Both the position numbers and the translations under genes were made by a program. A DNA stretch of 64,000 nucleotides from Octopus bimaculoides. Taxonomy: Eukaryota. The stretch is from contig NC_068997.1 of assembly GCF_001194135.2 (NCBI RefSeq), forward strand, positions 8,885,578 to 8,949,577, in the 5' to 3' direction. The notes below the pieces were generated by a model, which made no database searches, was not told where the DNA came from, and worked only from the letters and a program-made list of their open reading frames with translations. Shown here piece by piece: positions 23,886 through 37,170 of this stretch. Position 1 is the first letter of the stretch. Every line of letters starts with the position of its first letter.

Positions 23886-26188
23886 TATATTGTACACATG
23901 GTCAATGTAAAGTCTAAACATATACATCTGAATCAAGTAGACTAAAAATAAAAAATTCAAGAATTGTATAAAATGTTCTTCAATAGCAATGGAACTATAA
24001 CTGAATGTCTACAATTAGGATGATGATGAAGAAAAAGAGATTTCTATTATCAATGTAATTAGGATTATAGCTTATCCTAGAATTTAATCTTAAGGTTTAT
24101 ATTTCAATTTTTTAGCCAGTTCTATTTAATTAAAACTATTGAAATGAAATCAAACTGGCACAGATTTCAGAATGAATCAATGACAATTATGTGATAAGCT
24201 ATAGATTTAACACATCATGAAATCAACAAACATTATTTTTTAGAAATAGCTGCAACAAAATATATAAATAAATAAAATATCGGTATGTATATGCTTGGAT
24301 ATAAAAAATAATATCAATTATAATCAATTTTATTTAATAAAAACAAAGTCATTTTGCAGTAAGAAAAAGTATTAACATTTTTTTCTAGTCTATATTTGAT
24401 GAATACAATATGAAATATTTACATGAAAGTATAAAGAAAATGGTGAAATTTAAAGACGATCATTCTTCATCATAAAGTTCTGATACATTTGCTGAAGGAA
24501 TAAAGACAGAAGCAGTGTATTAAACTCGAAACTTCTATGAGAATTTGCATATCAATTAAAACTTGAATAATTTACTTGGCAACAAGCAGTCGCCCACAGT
24601 TTATCAAACTGAGATCAGTTCTAATAACAATATAATGATGAAGAAAATGTAGATTCTTTGTACAAAGCTAAGCAGGAGATCCATAACTCCTCCTATTGAC
24701 TCAGGGAAAATAATGGAAAAAAAAAATTGAAAAGAATTAAAAAATTCATTATTATGTGAAATAAATATCTAAGACTGATGTGAAATCTTGAAGAAATGTT
24801 ACTCTTTTCCCTCTTTTAATATCACCAAAATGGTACTAAGTTCTTTTGAAATTAATTTTTATTTTTAAGAGATGACAATTCTAAATATATAACTTCCCTT
24901 TCATTCATAAACCCCAATTTTTGGAGGTAGTTTAACAGGGTTAAAAAAATTTTTTTTAATTAAAAATCAGAAATAAAAAAACTATTTTTTTAAAGTATCT
25001 ATTATCTTTTCCTTCCTTCAGTCATTGGACTGTGGCCATGCTGGGGCACCACCTTGAAATTAAACAAGAATTTAGTAGAGCGTAGTATGATAAAACAATT
25101 AGAAATTTATGATTCTAAGACATTAAAAGAATATTCTGAGTCAGAAGCTTTGTTAATGGCTAGCAAGCTTGGTCTAATATCAGCCAAAAATATATATATT
25201 TGGAGTAAAGTTTGTCAATATAGTTAGAAAAACATAGGTTTTCTCACAAGAGAAACTGTTAAATATTGATCATACTGTACTATTTGCAAAAATGTCTCTT
25301 CTTCCAAGCACTGATAATACAACAATGTGTCAATCATTATTTCCTGATTTTGTTCCAATGTAAGAATTGTAAACAGACCTCAATAATCCCCACCTTCCTA
25401 TTTCAATAGAAAAACTAACTTTGTCAATTCAGTGTGTGATAATTGCTTTTTAACCCAGGAAACCAAAGTATATATATATATATATAATGCAATAAGCATC
25501 TATGTTAGATATTACAGGGACTACCGTTATATTGTTTACTGTTGACATTCTTGATTTCTTTCATGAAAATAATACAAGGAAATTGCAATCAGAACTATCA
25601 ACAATCGACAAATAACAGAAAATGAAACCTAGATTGTTAATATTTAATTATTCTTCTCTTTTGTCATTCATTTGTTTTAAATATCAATTATTTCAATTTT
25701 AATAGGGGGGGGGTTGTTTCCCAACCAACACTATTATAGAAGGATTGGTGTGTTTTATTAAAAAAAAAAAAAAAATGGGTGGTTTGCTTTTAGTTTGTTT
25801 TTTCAAAGTGTCTTAATTGTATAAAATATCTAAAAACAGCTTTACAAAAACATAACAGTGAGCTGCATATCTTGGAAGTTAAAAAATATATAAATAAATT
25901 AATTAAAAAAAAAAAAACAGATTTTTCAATGAAGTGAGCAAAATCTTGTTTGAAATGCTCAGAATCCCCGTTCTAAATTTTCTTGTGTAGAAAGGCAGAA
26001 AGCCTTAAATTTATTTATAAAACCAACGAAACAGGAATGGTATTCATTCCTTTCTCAAGGACTGAGTGACGCAAAGAGAAGCAGAACAGCTACAGCCAGG
26101 ATTCAAAAGTGAGTCGGGGGAGCATATTTCTATGGTATTTGTCAGCATTTCAGAAATATTGCCAATATAATGTCCAAATCTATATATT

Positions 26189-26245
26189 TTAACCAGAGGC
26201 AACTGCAGTTGCTGGTTCCAAACCTGGAGACTGGCGTGCAAAAGC
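26189..26245 (-). CDS. Probable terminal coding exon of the zinc-finger gene (AFARQSPGLEPATAVASG*)
   Basis: Acceptor ctcttcattaatttcag at 26246-26247, phase 0 like the donor at 29705; GC-richer codon-like sequence ending in TAA; an alternative acceptor at 26288-26289 gives EQVY*. Confidence 0.55.
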   Translation of the reverse strand, partial: AFARQSPGLEPATAVASG

Positions 26246-29184
26246 CTGAAATTAATGAAGAGATTGGAATAATCAATAAACTTGTTCCTGAAAAATACAT
26301 AACATTTATAAGAAAATAAGTATACACAAATTATAAAAATGATTAAAACAACATACAGTACAGTACTGTTTCTATTTAATGGATTTTCACCTATCGCAGG
26401 AGGCTTTGGAACATAACACCTGCAATAATCGAGGGATTACTGTATTGTAGAAGTATAAGCAATTTATTGCACATAAAAGCTAACAGCAAAGTCTTCTACG
26501 GACCCCTCAAGGGCCATATACACCCTGGTTGAGAACCACTGATCCAGAGACTCACTGGCTCATTAAGGACAACAAATAAACCGAGACATAAACTTACTTT
26601 CCTGAGAATTTAACTGAAATAATTATTTTCCATGAAGTCACAAGGATACAGTATCTGGAAGAAGCACAGTCAGTCAAATTCAACTGGCACTTGTTTATCA
26701 AACTCCAGAAAAATGATGAAAGGTAGTATTTAATCTCAGGACACACAGAGAAAAAATTCAACACTTAACAATGTAGCAGCCTCCTCCACAGTTTTAAACA
26801 TTCTGTGACCTCAATTTTAAATAATTGCTTCTAGTTTAGCCACAAGGCCTGAGAATTTGAAAGATGGTTGTTAGTCACTATTATCAACTCCATTACTTCA
26901 CTGGTACTTTATTTTATTGATCCCTGCTAAAGGGATGAAAGGCAAGTTGATCTTGGCTGGTTTTGAACATAAAGAGCCGTAACAAAATACTTGCAAGGCA
27001 TGTTGCCCAATGGTTTTATGATTCTGCTAATGTTGTTCAACTTGAACCCTTCACTCAAAATTGCTGGCCTTGTGCCAAAATTTAAAAACCAGTATATCCA
27101 GTCATAAACTTGCAACCACAGATAAGTTGATAATCTGATATCTTATCCACACAACCATCATGTCTTCACACACACAAAATTAAGGGATAATAGAATTATC
27201 AAATACTATTTGTGATGTACATTTGACAAATCATTAAGCAAGAAATAGTTCTCTCAATTGTGACTATCATTTGAAGCAACTTAAAAAAAATAAGAATGAA
27301 TACAGATCCAGAAAGATGAAAAATAGATTAATAAACTTGTAGTAAACATGAAAATTCTATGGTTATTTTCTAACCAATAAAAACATCCAACTACTTTCAC
27401 AACTCAATTCTGCTTACTTTTCTTGACGGGTTACAACGGTCGACTCACTAATAATATAGCACCTTAATACAAAACCTAAATTGAATAATTCAAATTTAAC
27501 ACCTTATTCCCTAATACCTCCATAAGCTAGCTGATGCACTAATTTAGAGATTTATATCATTTATTTTTTTTAACCCATCTTCTTAACCATCTGATTACTA
27601 TATTAGTCACCGAGGATAACATCTCTCAACACAATATGATTAGCTAAGCAAGCAATTGGCTTTTAGCATTTCAACAATTATAACTGATAACTCTACTGCT
27701 TTCCCTTCCATTGTCACAAGATTTATGACCCAATTGATCAAGCTTTCACAATATTTTATCATGGGTTTTTGTGAATGTTTAAATCATTTTGGGATTATTT
27801 AAACCTTGTATCATATTCAGAAAAAGAAATAAAATAGACAAACATTACACAAATGTTTATTAAAAACTGTAAAACAAAAAGACTTCAAACATGTGGCCTT
27901 CACAACATTGCTAAGCCTCCATATATATGGTATGATAAATATAGAAATTATTATTTATAAAAAGTATAGAAGGAACTTAGAGTTAATCTATCAGAAATCA
28001 TAGAGAAAGGAAAATATTCAATAGAGAAGAATAGAAAAGTAAATCCACTGAACAGAACTCATCTTGTTTTTTTTAATCTCAGTATTTTTTTTTTTTTTAA
28101 GCAATATAACCTTTTGCTGTTGTTGATTTTGAATAAGTTAAAATGGAGTGATGCAGCCACGTAACTGTGCATGCTCTACTGACTGGTAAGATCAACATGA
28201 CTGATGTTCAGTTTGCAATAATTTTAGGTCAATTTTTATAGGAAAAAGCATGAATAGAAAAGTTGTCCCAGCTGTGTAGATAGTCTAGACAATAAAAATC
28301 TAGACCTTCCTACAGTAGTTGCTATCACAGAATTTGACTTGCCCTCTTGGTGAAGGCACACAATCTTTTGTTTTTCATCACAGGACACCAGTCATCTGTC
28401 ACAAGCTGCTATGTTGACAGTTGAATGTTCCAATAATGTAAGAGCATAAGAAGTAACTGTTTGTCCATTAACAGTCTTCTAAACAACAAATACATCTGTA
28501 GGTAGTTCATTTTTTTTCTAAGTGATCCTTAACTTTTGGCTGCTGCAATTTGGAAGATTGTTTATTTCTTCCTAACTTACGAAATATTTATTCCATTCAC
28601 TTGAAATTTTCACGAAAGATAGATATTAGATATATCTAAATATGTGTAAAATATCTAGTCTCAACATGTTGTCAATCTTCTATAATAACTATTTCAATAC
28701 ACTTGTTCTTACTGACCCTTATATTATGGCCACTACTGTATGTATTACCATCATCATGTTAACTGCCACTTCTCCGTGCTTGCATGGGTCAGACAAGACT
28801 TTGTTAATGCAATTTTATTTATGCCAGATGCCCTTTCTGATGTCCTCTCGCAACTGTTTCCAAGCAAGGTAATATTTACTCTAACCTACCAAACAACAGA
28901 TAACTGGACATATTTTTTGCAGTCGATTGCAAACAAATGACACCATTTGTATGAACAACAGCTTTTTGTTTACAATCCACACACACAACAAGCAAGCTTC
29001 TTCCATTTTCCCCTCCAACCAAGTTCATTCATAAGGTGTTGGACAACGTGTGGCCATAGTAAAGGATCCCACCAGGGTGTCTGTGCGGTGAGAGCAAACA
29101 CTAAATCACATGGTTTCAAAGTGAATTCTTTAACCACACAACCATGCCTACATTTAGACATTTTCTAAGGAATAATATAAGCCT

Positions 29185-29440
29185 GTAGTGAAGTTGTGTG
29201 GCCCAGTGGTTAGGCTGTTGCACTCACAACTGTTGTATCATGGGTTTGATTCCCAGACTGGGTGGTGCATTATGCTCTTGAGCAAAACACTTCATTTTAC
29301 ATTGCTCCAGCCTCCCTCTCAATCAAGGGGAAATATTGGCCTGCTCGCCTAACCAGCAGGGCAGCGCCATTCGAAGGTTAAAACAATGCAAAGCGCATTG
29401 TGACCAGCGATGTGTAACAACATCTGTGTGTCTCATCAGT
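29185..29440 (+). mobile_element. tRNA-derived SINE (V/CORE-like, distinct family)
   Basis: Box A tggcccagtgg, box B ggtttgattcc, ctcttgagcaaaacacttcattttacattgctccag. Confidence 0.7.
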
Positions 29441-29704
29441 CACATGACCATGCAATAAATTTGTAACAAATCTTAGTGTACAGGATACACAACCAGAATG
29501 AATTACTATATGGCATTGTTGATTCATAGATTAACAAATGTAGAAAAACCTGTCAAATATTGCAACAATAAATTCAAGACACCATTCTGATTATGCTGAA
29601 ATAACTCATGATAAAACAATTGAAATTTTACTTTGTATTAACAGTTAAAACAGGAAAGAACATAAAATCAAAAAGCAAAACCTAAACAGTAAAAGAGCAC
29701 TTAC

Positions 29705-32700
29705 ATCAAATTGGTTGCCTATCAAATGTTGACGTTCGTGTTTGAGAACGGCTGGTGTATCTGAGAAAGATCGATCACAGTACCGACAAACTGTACTTAG
29801 TGGATCCTCCAGCTGAGAATCATCTTTGTCCTTCGATTCATCATTTTCATTTTTCACAGTCGTAGGATTCATCTGTTGGTAGAGCTGTGCGACACGAAGG
29901 GCTTCTGACAAGTCCTGTTCTTTTGACTGGTCAACACGGTCCTTCTGGCCGTTTTCATTTAACCAATTGGACAGTTCAGGCAGAGGACAAAAATGAACTC
30001 GAACATGTTGAGCAAGGAGATGATTTTTTGAAACAGTATAATCGCAATAGGGACAAGCAAGTTCACTCCGTACTACATGGAACCTTAAATGTGTTACCAT
30101 ATGGTCCCGACGTGTGTTTGAATAGGGACAACGGTCACAATGATACACCTTTTTAACAATATCTGAGTCTTCCTTTTCAGGTTGGACATGTTCATATAGA
30201 TCTAAGTGGTCGTGTGTCACACTCAAAGGCACAGGATCATTAGAATCAAGAGGAGGTAATGCACTTGCAAGAGCTACATCAGCAGGTATTTCAGGCAGAC
30301 GCTGAAGGTTTGATATCGACTGAGTCGCAACAAGATTTGGGTTTGGACTGAAATGAAGTTTACGATGCTGTACAAGTAAGTTATTTGAGGGAACACTGTA
30401 GTCACAATATTCGCAAGTGTAATGCTGTTTGCTTCCATGTAACTCAATGTGCCGCTCAAAATGCGTACGTTTAGCACTAGCATAGGGACACTTCTCACAG
30501 CAAAATTTCTTAAACTGAGCAATTTCCAAAAGCGCATCAACTTTGCTTTCTGTAGAAATCTCCATGTCACTTTTATCATTGAGGTCATCATCAGGTTCTA
30601 AAGAAATGCCTTCTAACTGCTCCAATTCCGATATTGTGTTGTCGTTCAGATCAGGAACATACTGATGCTGGTGAACTTTCAGATGATGGGATAACAAACC
30701 TTTGGAGCCAACAAAATAATCACAATGTGGGCATTTCAAAAGTGGATGACCAGATGACCGACGGCCATGCATTAACTCATGGAGGCGCAAATTTCTGTTA
30801 CGAATGTTCGTGTAGGGACATTTCGAACATTTTAGCAGCTTTTTGTACACCCCATTCTTCAAAATATATCCAGGTTTATTGCCAAATATTGCATAACGGG
30901 CTGCAATTTTTATGGCTGAATCAGAGTTTTCAGGCTGAGATAAACTTGGCAAAATCTTAGATACTATAAGCTTTTGTTTTACTGACGCTATTTCAACAGC
31001 ATCATACAAGAGTTGAACATCTGTGGCCTCGGTCTTCACTGGTGATAATTGATCTGGGTCAATATGCAAACGAAGATGTTGTTTAAGTAGACGCCGATGG
31101 CTGACCCAGTAATCACAATAGTCACACTTGAAAGCAGTGGAATTGGAGAGTTTCACACGATGGAATTGTTTGTGATAGAGAAAATCATTCTTACTGTTGG
31201 TAGCATAGGGACACTTTTCACAAGTGAATTTCATTCTTTTAGTACTAGGGACTCTTGGAGCAATATTGATATTTAATGATGAAAAATCATCTGTCTTAAG
31301 AGAAACATTAGCCTGTTTAGAACCAACTTTACTTTTGGCATGTTCATTTGAATGCAAACGAACATGTTGATTAAGTAGTCGTCTTGCACAAACGTAATAT
31401 GGACAGAACTTACACTTAAAACGGTTCTGTCCTCTGGGTTTATGATAACTCATATGGAATTTGAGCAAGGTTGGTTTCTTTGTTGAATAGGGACACACAT
31501 TACATTGGAATTTATTTAGAGGTCTGTCTATTATACGCTCGGGAATCGGCTCTTGAATGTCAACAGAGCCAAGATCTTCTTCTAATTCCCCTTCTTGAGT
31601 TGATTTCAGTTTGATATAACAATTGTTATAATCGGTAGTGCCATGGCGCTCACGGAGATGTCTATAGAGACAAGCTTTCCAAGTTGACTGAAACTTACAA
31701 ATCTTGCATGTATACAAGTCCATTAAGTCCCCTATATCAGTATCATTCTCTTCACCAGATGCAGCACCTATTTCACTGTCAGCTGAATAAGAAATGCTTA
31801 ATTTACAAAGACTGTAATCATTACACCCATGCTTCTGTCTTAAATGACGATAGAGGGCACTGCGATAATTTGAAGAATGCCCACACAGTTTGCATTTGTA
31901 TGGCTTAACTTTATGTGATGTCAAGTGCCGTAACACAAGCATCTTGTCCTTGTGACGATATGTACACTTGTTACATTTCCACATTTTACCATGTCCAAGT
32001 AATGAAGATGAAGAAAGATCTGTTATGGATTCTGACCGAGGAGTTTGGTCAGGTGTAGCGGTTGCCTCGGAATTGGTTATAGAATTGTTAGCTGATGGAG
32101 ACTCGGTGTCAGGAGTCATGTCAAGGTGAGTTAACTTGTCAGCTGTTTTCTTTTCATAACACCCTTCACTCTTCTTGAATTTGAAATAAAATGGTGGTGG
32201 GTAGTCGCTGACCTTGTGATCAATACACATCACCTTGCTGCGATTGTTGTTGTGCCTTCTCTTAATATGTCGGTAAACATCACTTCTCCAATTTGACTTG
32301 TAGCCACAGCCAGAACATTCAAATTGGCGCCACAATTTCTGAGCATTTCTTTGAGCTGCAGATGTAACTAGAGTTAGGGAACTAGAAGAGAACTCATCAG
32401 AAGTTGCAGGGCCATCCTTTTGTTTAGTAACAAGGGGGTGGTTAGGATAGCATTCGGCTAACAAAGATAGCCGAGCTTCTTCTTCTTCCATCACAATAAC
32501 ATAGCCACCTTCTGGATGACGTTCTCTAATATGCTTCTTAAGATCCCATTTCCAGTTGGACCTTCGTCCACAAGCAGAACACTTGAATGGTTTTATATAA
32601 CCAACTCGTTTAGGGTTACTATACAATGCCTCTAATGCAGTAGTATGCTCCGGAGTGTCTTTCAATTTATCAGAGGCAAGAATTAAAGTGGTATCGGTGG

Positions 32701-35700
32701 GACTTTGCTTAGAGGAATGTATATTTATGTCAGAAAGTTTCTCTGTAGTCTGAGAAGTGGATATTTTCTCTTTCTTAATGGGAGATATATAAGGATTGGT
32801 CAATTTGATCTCATTTGTTCTTGTTAAGATTTCTTCATTGGACAAACTCCCAACATAGAGTATTCGAATTTCTTCACCTGGATGCATATATCGATAGTGT
32901 TTGCGAACATCACCTCGGAAAGTTGTCCGCTTGCCACAAAGAGGGCACATGTAAGGTTTATCTGAAGAGGATTTAGTGTCTTTTTTCGATCCCTTCAGTT
33001 TGCTGATAACTGGAACACTAAGAACTGGCATGTTGCTGCTGGAAACAACAGTCGGCTTAGCTACAAAGTTACCTGGACTTGTAGATTTTGCCGATGATAT
33101 TGATAATACTGACGAAGATTTAGGTGGGGTGGTGCCTGGTTCAATTTTTACAATACTTTCATCAATGTCAATCTGATTAATTATATGGTTATCAGAGTTT
33201 CCCAGGACATTCTCCACACCTTGATTATCACCTAAAATTCCAGACTGGTTAGAGTGATCACTTCTCAGATGCTTAAGCACAGTCCACCGAAATGCTGATT
33301 GAAAGTTACACTGGGAACATTTAAAAAGCTTTTTCGGCTTTAACATAGCTACATTTAGCTGGTGTTCCCTGCGATTAGTCGGCATTGTTTCCATATACTT
33401 TAGAACTGTTGCTTCAGCTTCTTGTTCAGACATTACAATAACATCATCATTTTGACCAGGATGTTCTTTGCGTATGTGTTTACGGATGTCCCATTTCCAG
33501 TTGGATCTCTTGCCACAAATGGGACATTTAAATTTCTTTAGATTCCAGTGGGTTGCAAGATGTGCCTTCAGCTTTGAAGGGGCAGGAGCAGAAAAATCAC
33601 AGTAATTACACAGAAATGGACCGAGAACCTCTTTTTGATTGGTCTCTTCAGAAATTTCAGTAAAAGCTGTGGATACACCTTCAGCTGACCTCTCTAAAGA
33701 ACTACCTTCGACCATAGACGAGTCAGATATTAAAGTAGGAGTTTCCTCATTAAGTTTGCTTGTTTCCATATCACTGCCACACTCTGAAGGCAGAATCGAT
33801 TTGTCATCCGTAGTTTCTTCCTGCTTTGTGTTAGACAAATCCTTAGTGTCATCAGTTGAAGATATGGGAGAAATAATTGAAATGGTAGTGCTTGTTGTTG
33901 TTGTGGCAGATGAAGATGAAGTAGATGTAGAAGTGATAGTTGCAACAGTAGCAGGTACAGATACAGTAGATGTGTCACAAGATGTGGTAACTAAGGATGA
34001 TGACAATGATGTTGACGATGATGATGGTGTCACAATTGATTTTGTGGTTGACATCATTTCGCTATTGATTATTTTCTGGTAGATCACCAAATTCTTTATG
34101 TCTTCTTCTTGTTGCACTTCACTGGGATGATGACGGTACAAATGCCGATTCATGTCTCCTTTCCAATGGCTTTGGTATTTGCACAGTTTACACTTGTATG
34201 GTTTATTCCCGTCGTGCAATTTAGAATGGCGGTCTATTTCAGATTTATAACTTGATGTGAATGAACAAGATGGGCACTTGAAAATGGTTGGAGAGGATTT
34301 CTTTTTCTGGACTGTTGTCACTTTTTCTATGAGAGCTTTATCAGGCTCAATGTCATGGTCCCGCCGAACATGAACATTGAGGTCACCAAAATACTTATAT
34401 TTCCGCATGCATAAATGGCACTTGTATCTTTTATCAATTGAGTGTACAGCCATGTGTCGTCGTAGATCACAAGGCCATTTTGCTATGTAAGAACAATAGG
34501 TACATTTTAATTTTGTCTTACTCACATTGAAAACACTACGCATAGTTTTAATGGACAGATCCAACGGTGCCCCGTAATCATCCTCATAACCATTGTCATT
34601 AGCATCATCTTTCTTATCAACAGAATTCAACATTCGATACTGTTTGTCAAGATCAAGTTTTTTAAATTCTTGCAAACAAATGTTATGCTTTAATTTCATA
34701 TGACGATTCATATCTGGAGACCTTTTATATTTCAGACCACATATTAGACATCGGTAACAAAAACTTTTAGTATAACGATGATGAGAGGGACCTTCCACTG
34801 TTCGCCTTCTGCCTTCGTCTTCGTCTTCTTCGTCTTCATCATCATCGGCGATGACACCATCATCTTCTTTTTCAATCTGATCAACAAATTTTGTTGGGAC
34901 TGCTGATTCTACAATAGTCTCCGGTGAAAAGGTTTCAATGGTTGAATCTCTAACATCTCGTGGTTTAGTATCTGCTGCCGCTGTACTGGTACTGCTGACT
35001 ATCAACGACACATTCTCTTCACTGTTTGAATGGTGGTTAGTAAGGTGGCGTTTCAATGCTCCTTCATTTGGGCTAGAGTACGTGCATAAGTTACAAGTAA
35101 AAGCTGAAGTCATTTCATGATTCAACATATGTCGATCATAATTTGTTTTCAGGGTTGTTCCATACAAGCATTCTTTACACTGGTAAAAATTTTCGTTTGT
35201 ATGTTTGCTTTTATGAATATAAAAATCTATCTTTTTCTCTGTGCTAAAATTACACAACTTACATTTGAACACTTTTGCCTTTATGTGACAGCTATAAACA
35301 TGTTTGTAAGCTTGCATTCGAGTTTTGCTTGTATATAAGCAAAGTTTGCATTTGAAAACTGAACTTCCATTAAAATTAGTGTTTAATTTTTCAATATACA
35401 TTGAACAAGAATCTAAGTTGTTATTCTTCCCAATTTGGGCTCGAGATCGCTTGAGTTTTGCTGCCCGATTTGATATTGTATATCGTGCTGGAGATGGCTT
35501 TTTAGGTTTTGGAGAACTAGGTGCTGGAGAAGTTTTAGTAGCTGTATATTCGGGTTGCAGCTCTTCCATTGTCACTGTTGCCTTGTGAGCCTTTTCCTTA
35601 TGTCGCAAGAGCTTGTGCTTCCAGCGAGAAGCATATTCGCAGAAGTCACAAGGGAAAACATTAAAATTTGCACCATGCACATCGATTTGATGATACAAAA

Positions 35701-36130
35701 ACATTTTCGACTTAGTAGTTGTGAAACTACATTCCTGACAGTGATAATTGCGACAAACATTAGGTGGTGGCAAGATTCCACCTGACGATGAACTCCCAGA
35801 GATTTCTGGATATTCATCATACGAGGACTGATTCATAGGACTACTTTCAATGAGAGAGCCATCATCCATATCCATGGAAGCTTCATCAATATCTTGAATT
35901 TCTTGACTAGAAGTATCATTTTTTACAACAACTGGAACCTCTTCTAACTCTGGTGTAGATGCCATTGTGTCTTCGGAAATTGTGCTAGGGGGAGGAAGGG
36001 AGCCTGTTAAGAATTCCTTGTTTCTGTTTCGACGCCGACAAAAATTTATATGCCTCTTGAAAAAATATTTGTTTCTGGTAGAGAATTCACATAGGTTACA
36101 GAACCTTAATGGTTGTAAACTTCGTCCCAT
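29705..36130 (-). CDS. Large multi-C2H2 zinc-finger protein, main exon (2142 codons; 32 fingers; acidic and S/T-rich tracts; PLDLS motif)
   Basis: 6.4-kb open frame; 31 C2H2 plus 1 N-terminal C2HC finger counted by eye; in-frame TGA 4 codons upstream of the ATG at 36130; acceptor ttttattgcag at 36198-36199; donor GAT|GTAAGT at 29705/29704 (the ORF tail VSALLLFRF... is intronic). Confidence 0.95.
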
Positions 36131-36197
36131 AATAAGTGTTCAATCCAAACATTGGATTAATTCATTGTATAGAACAGGAAAAGGAGCATTGGAGATC
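36131..36197 (-). promoter_or_regulatory. 5' UTR portion of the zinc-finger main exon, carrying two uORFs
   Basis: uATGs at 36189, 36165 (in frame with the first) and 36152. Confidence 0.7.
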
Positions 36198-36499
36198 CTG
36201 CAATAAAAAAATTGAAGAAAAAAAAAAGTATTTTAGTAAAAGGGTAAAAAAAAAAAAGGAAAAAAAAATCAGCAAAATTTCTTTTTAGTATTTTCACAAT
36301 AAACAGAAGTGAGTATTTAATTGTTTTGTTACAAATTAATATCAAAGAGAGACAGGTGTCATATTTTGGTTGTTTTAAATTAAATACTAAAGAGATAAAA
36401 AAGAAATATATTTCAGATAAATTTCTATAAAAAGCAGTTGAAACCAAACAAAATATATAAAAGAATAAATAAACTTTGATGATTTGGAATGTAGTCCAC

Positions 36500-36740
36500 C
36501 ACATTGAGAAAACCAGGTCACCCAACTGAGTGGGACAGAGGCGGTCATCAACACACTTTTACCAGTCTTCCCACTGTCTTTTCTACCATAACAACTTCAG
36601 CAACTTCTATTCTGCATGAGAACTGGTTGTGCTCATGCCACTTCCATAGGCGCAGCATGCACACACACAGTATTCTCTTCTCCTCAATGACCCACATTAT
36701 TACATCTATCTGCAATATAGGTCAAGACACACCCACTCAC
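36500..36740 (-). mobile_element. Highly decayed RTE-type LINE 3' fragment
   Basis: Minus strand resembles the RTE C-terminus (EEKRIL.., gggaagactggtaaaagtgtgttgatgac similar to RKTW..VV..D). Confidence 0.35.
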
Positions 36741-36941
36741 ACTTAGTTCCTCATTAGCCACCTTGCCCAATTTCCCCCTCCTCCCAGAATCTCAAAACCC
36801 TGGGATTTCTTTCCTACCCATGTTTTGTGTGTATGTGTGCGCATGCACCTGTGATAGCCATTCAAGAACATCAATTGCATTGATCTCTCTCTATCACAGA
36901 AGGGGGAAGAGTTCTGAGAAGGTCAATCCAGTATAAACTAC

Positions 36942-37170
36942 TTAACTCTTTTATTACCATAATTCTCGTGAAAAGCACTGCTTTTGCTTCAGTTAATTTC
37001 TAAAATGATGACAGATTTAGTAAAAATAACTGTCATAAATAAGCTGGTGCCTAGAACATAAATTAACATAAATTTTAATGAAAACTTTTAAAGATTACTT
37101 TTAAAGCAGGAAGTCTGTACCACAGAACTAAGTGGCAGTCTCAGATGGATTAGTATCAAAAGAGTTTTAA
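36942..37170. mobile_element. piggyBac-type MITE (diverged)
   Basis: TTAA-CTCTTTT...AAAAGAG-TTTTAA ends; body similar to 61232-62110. Confidence 0.55.

Noticed and set aside
29887-35820. Numerous + strand and alternative-frame ORFs of 60-147 aa over the zinc-finger exon
   Set aside because: Shadow ORFs of a long coding exon; no independent signal
29705-36130. Identification as ZEB/zfh-1, hunchback or REST
   Set aside because: No homeodomain, and finger sequences do not match those I recall for these families; symbol left blank
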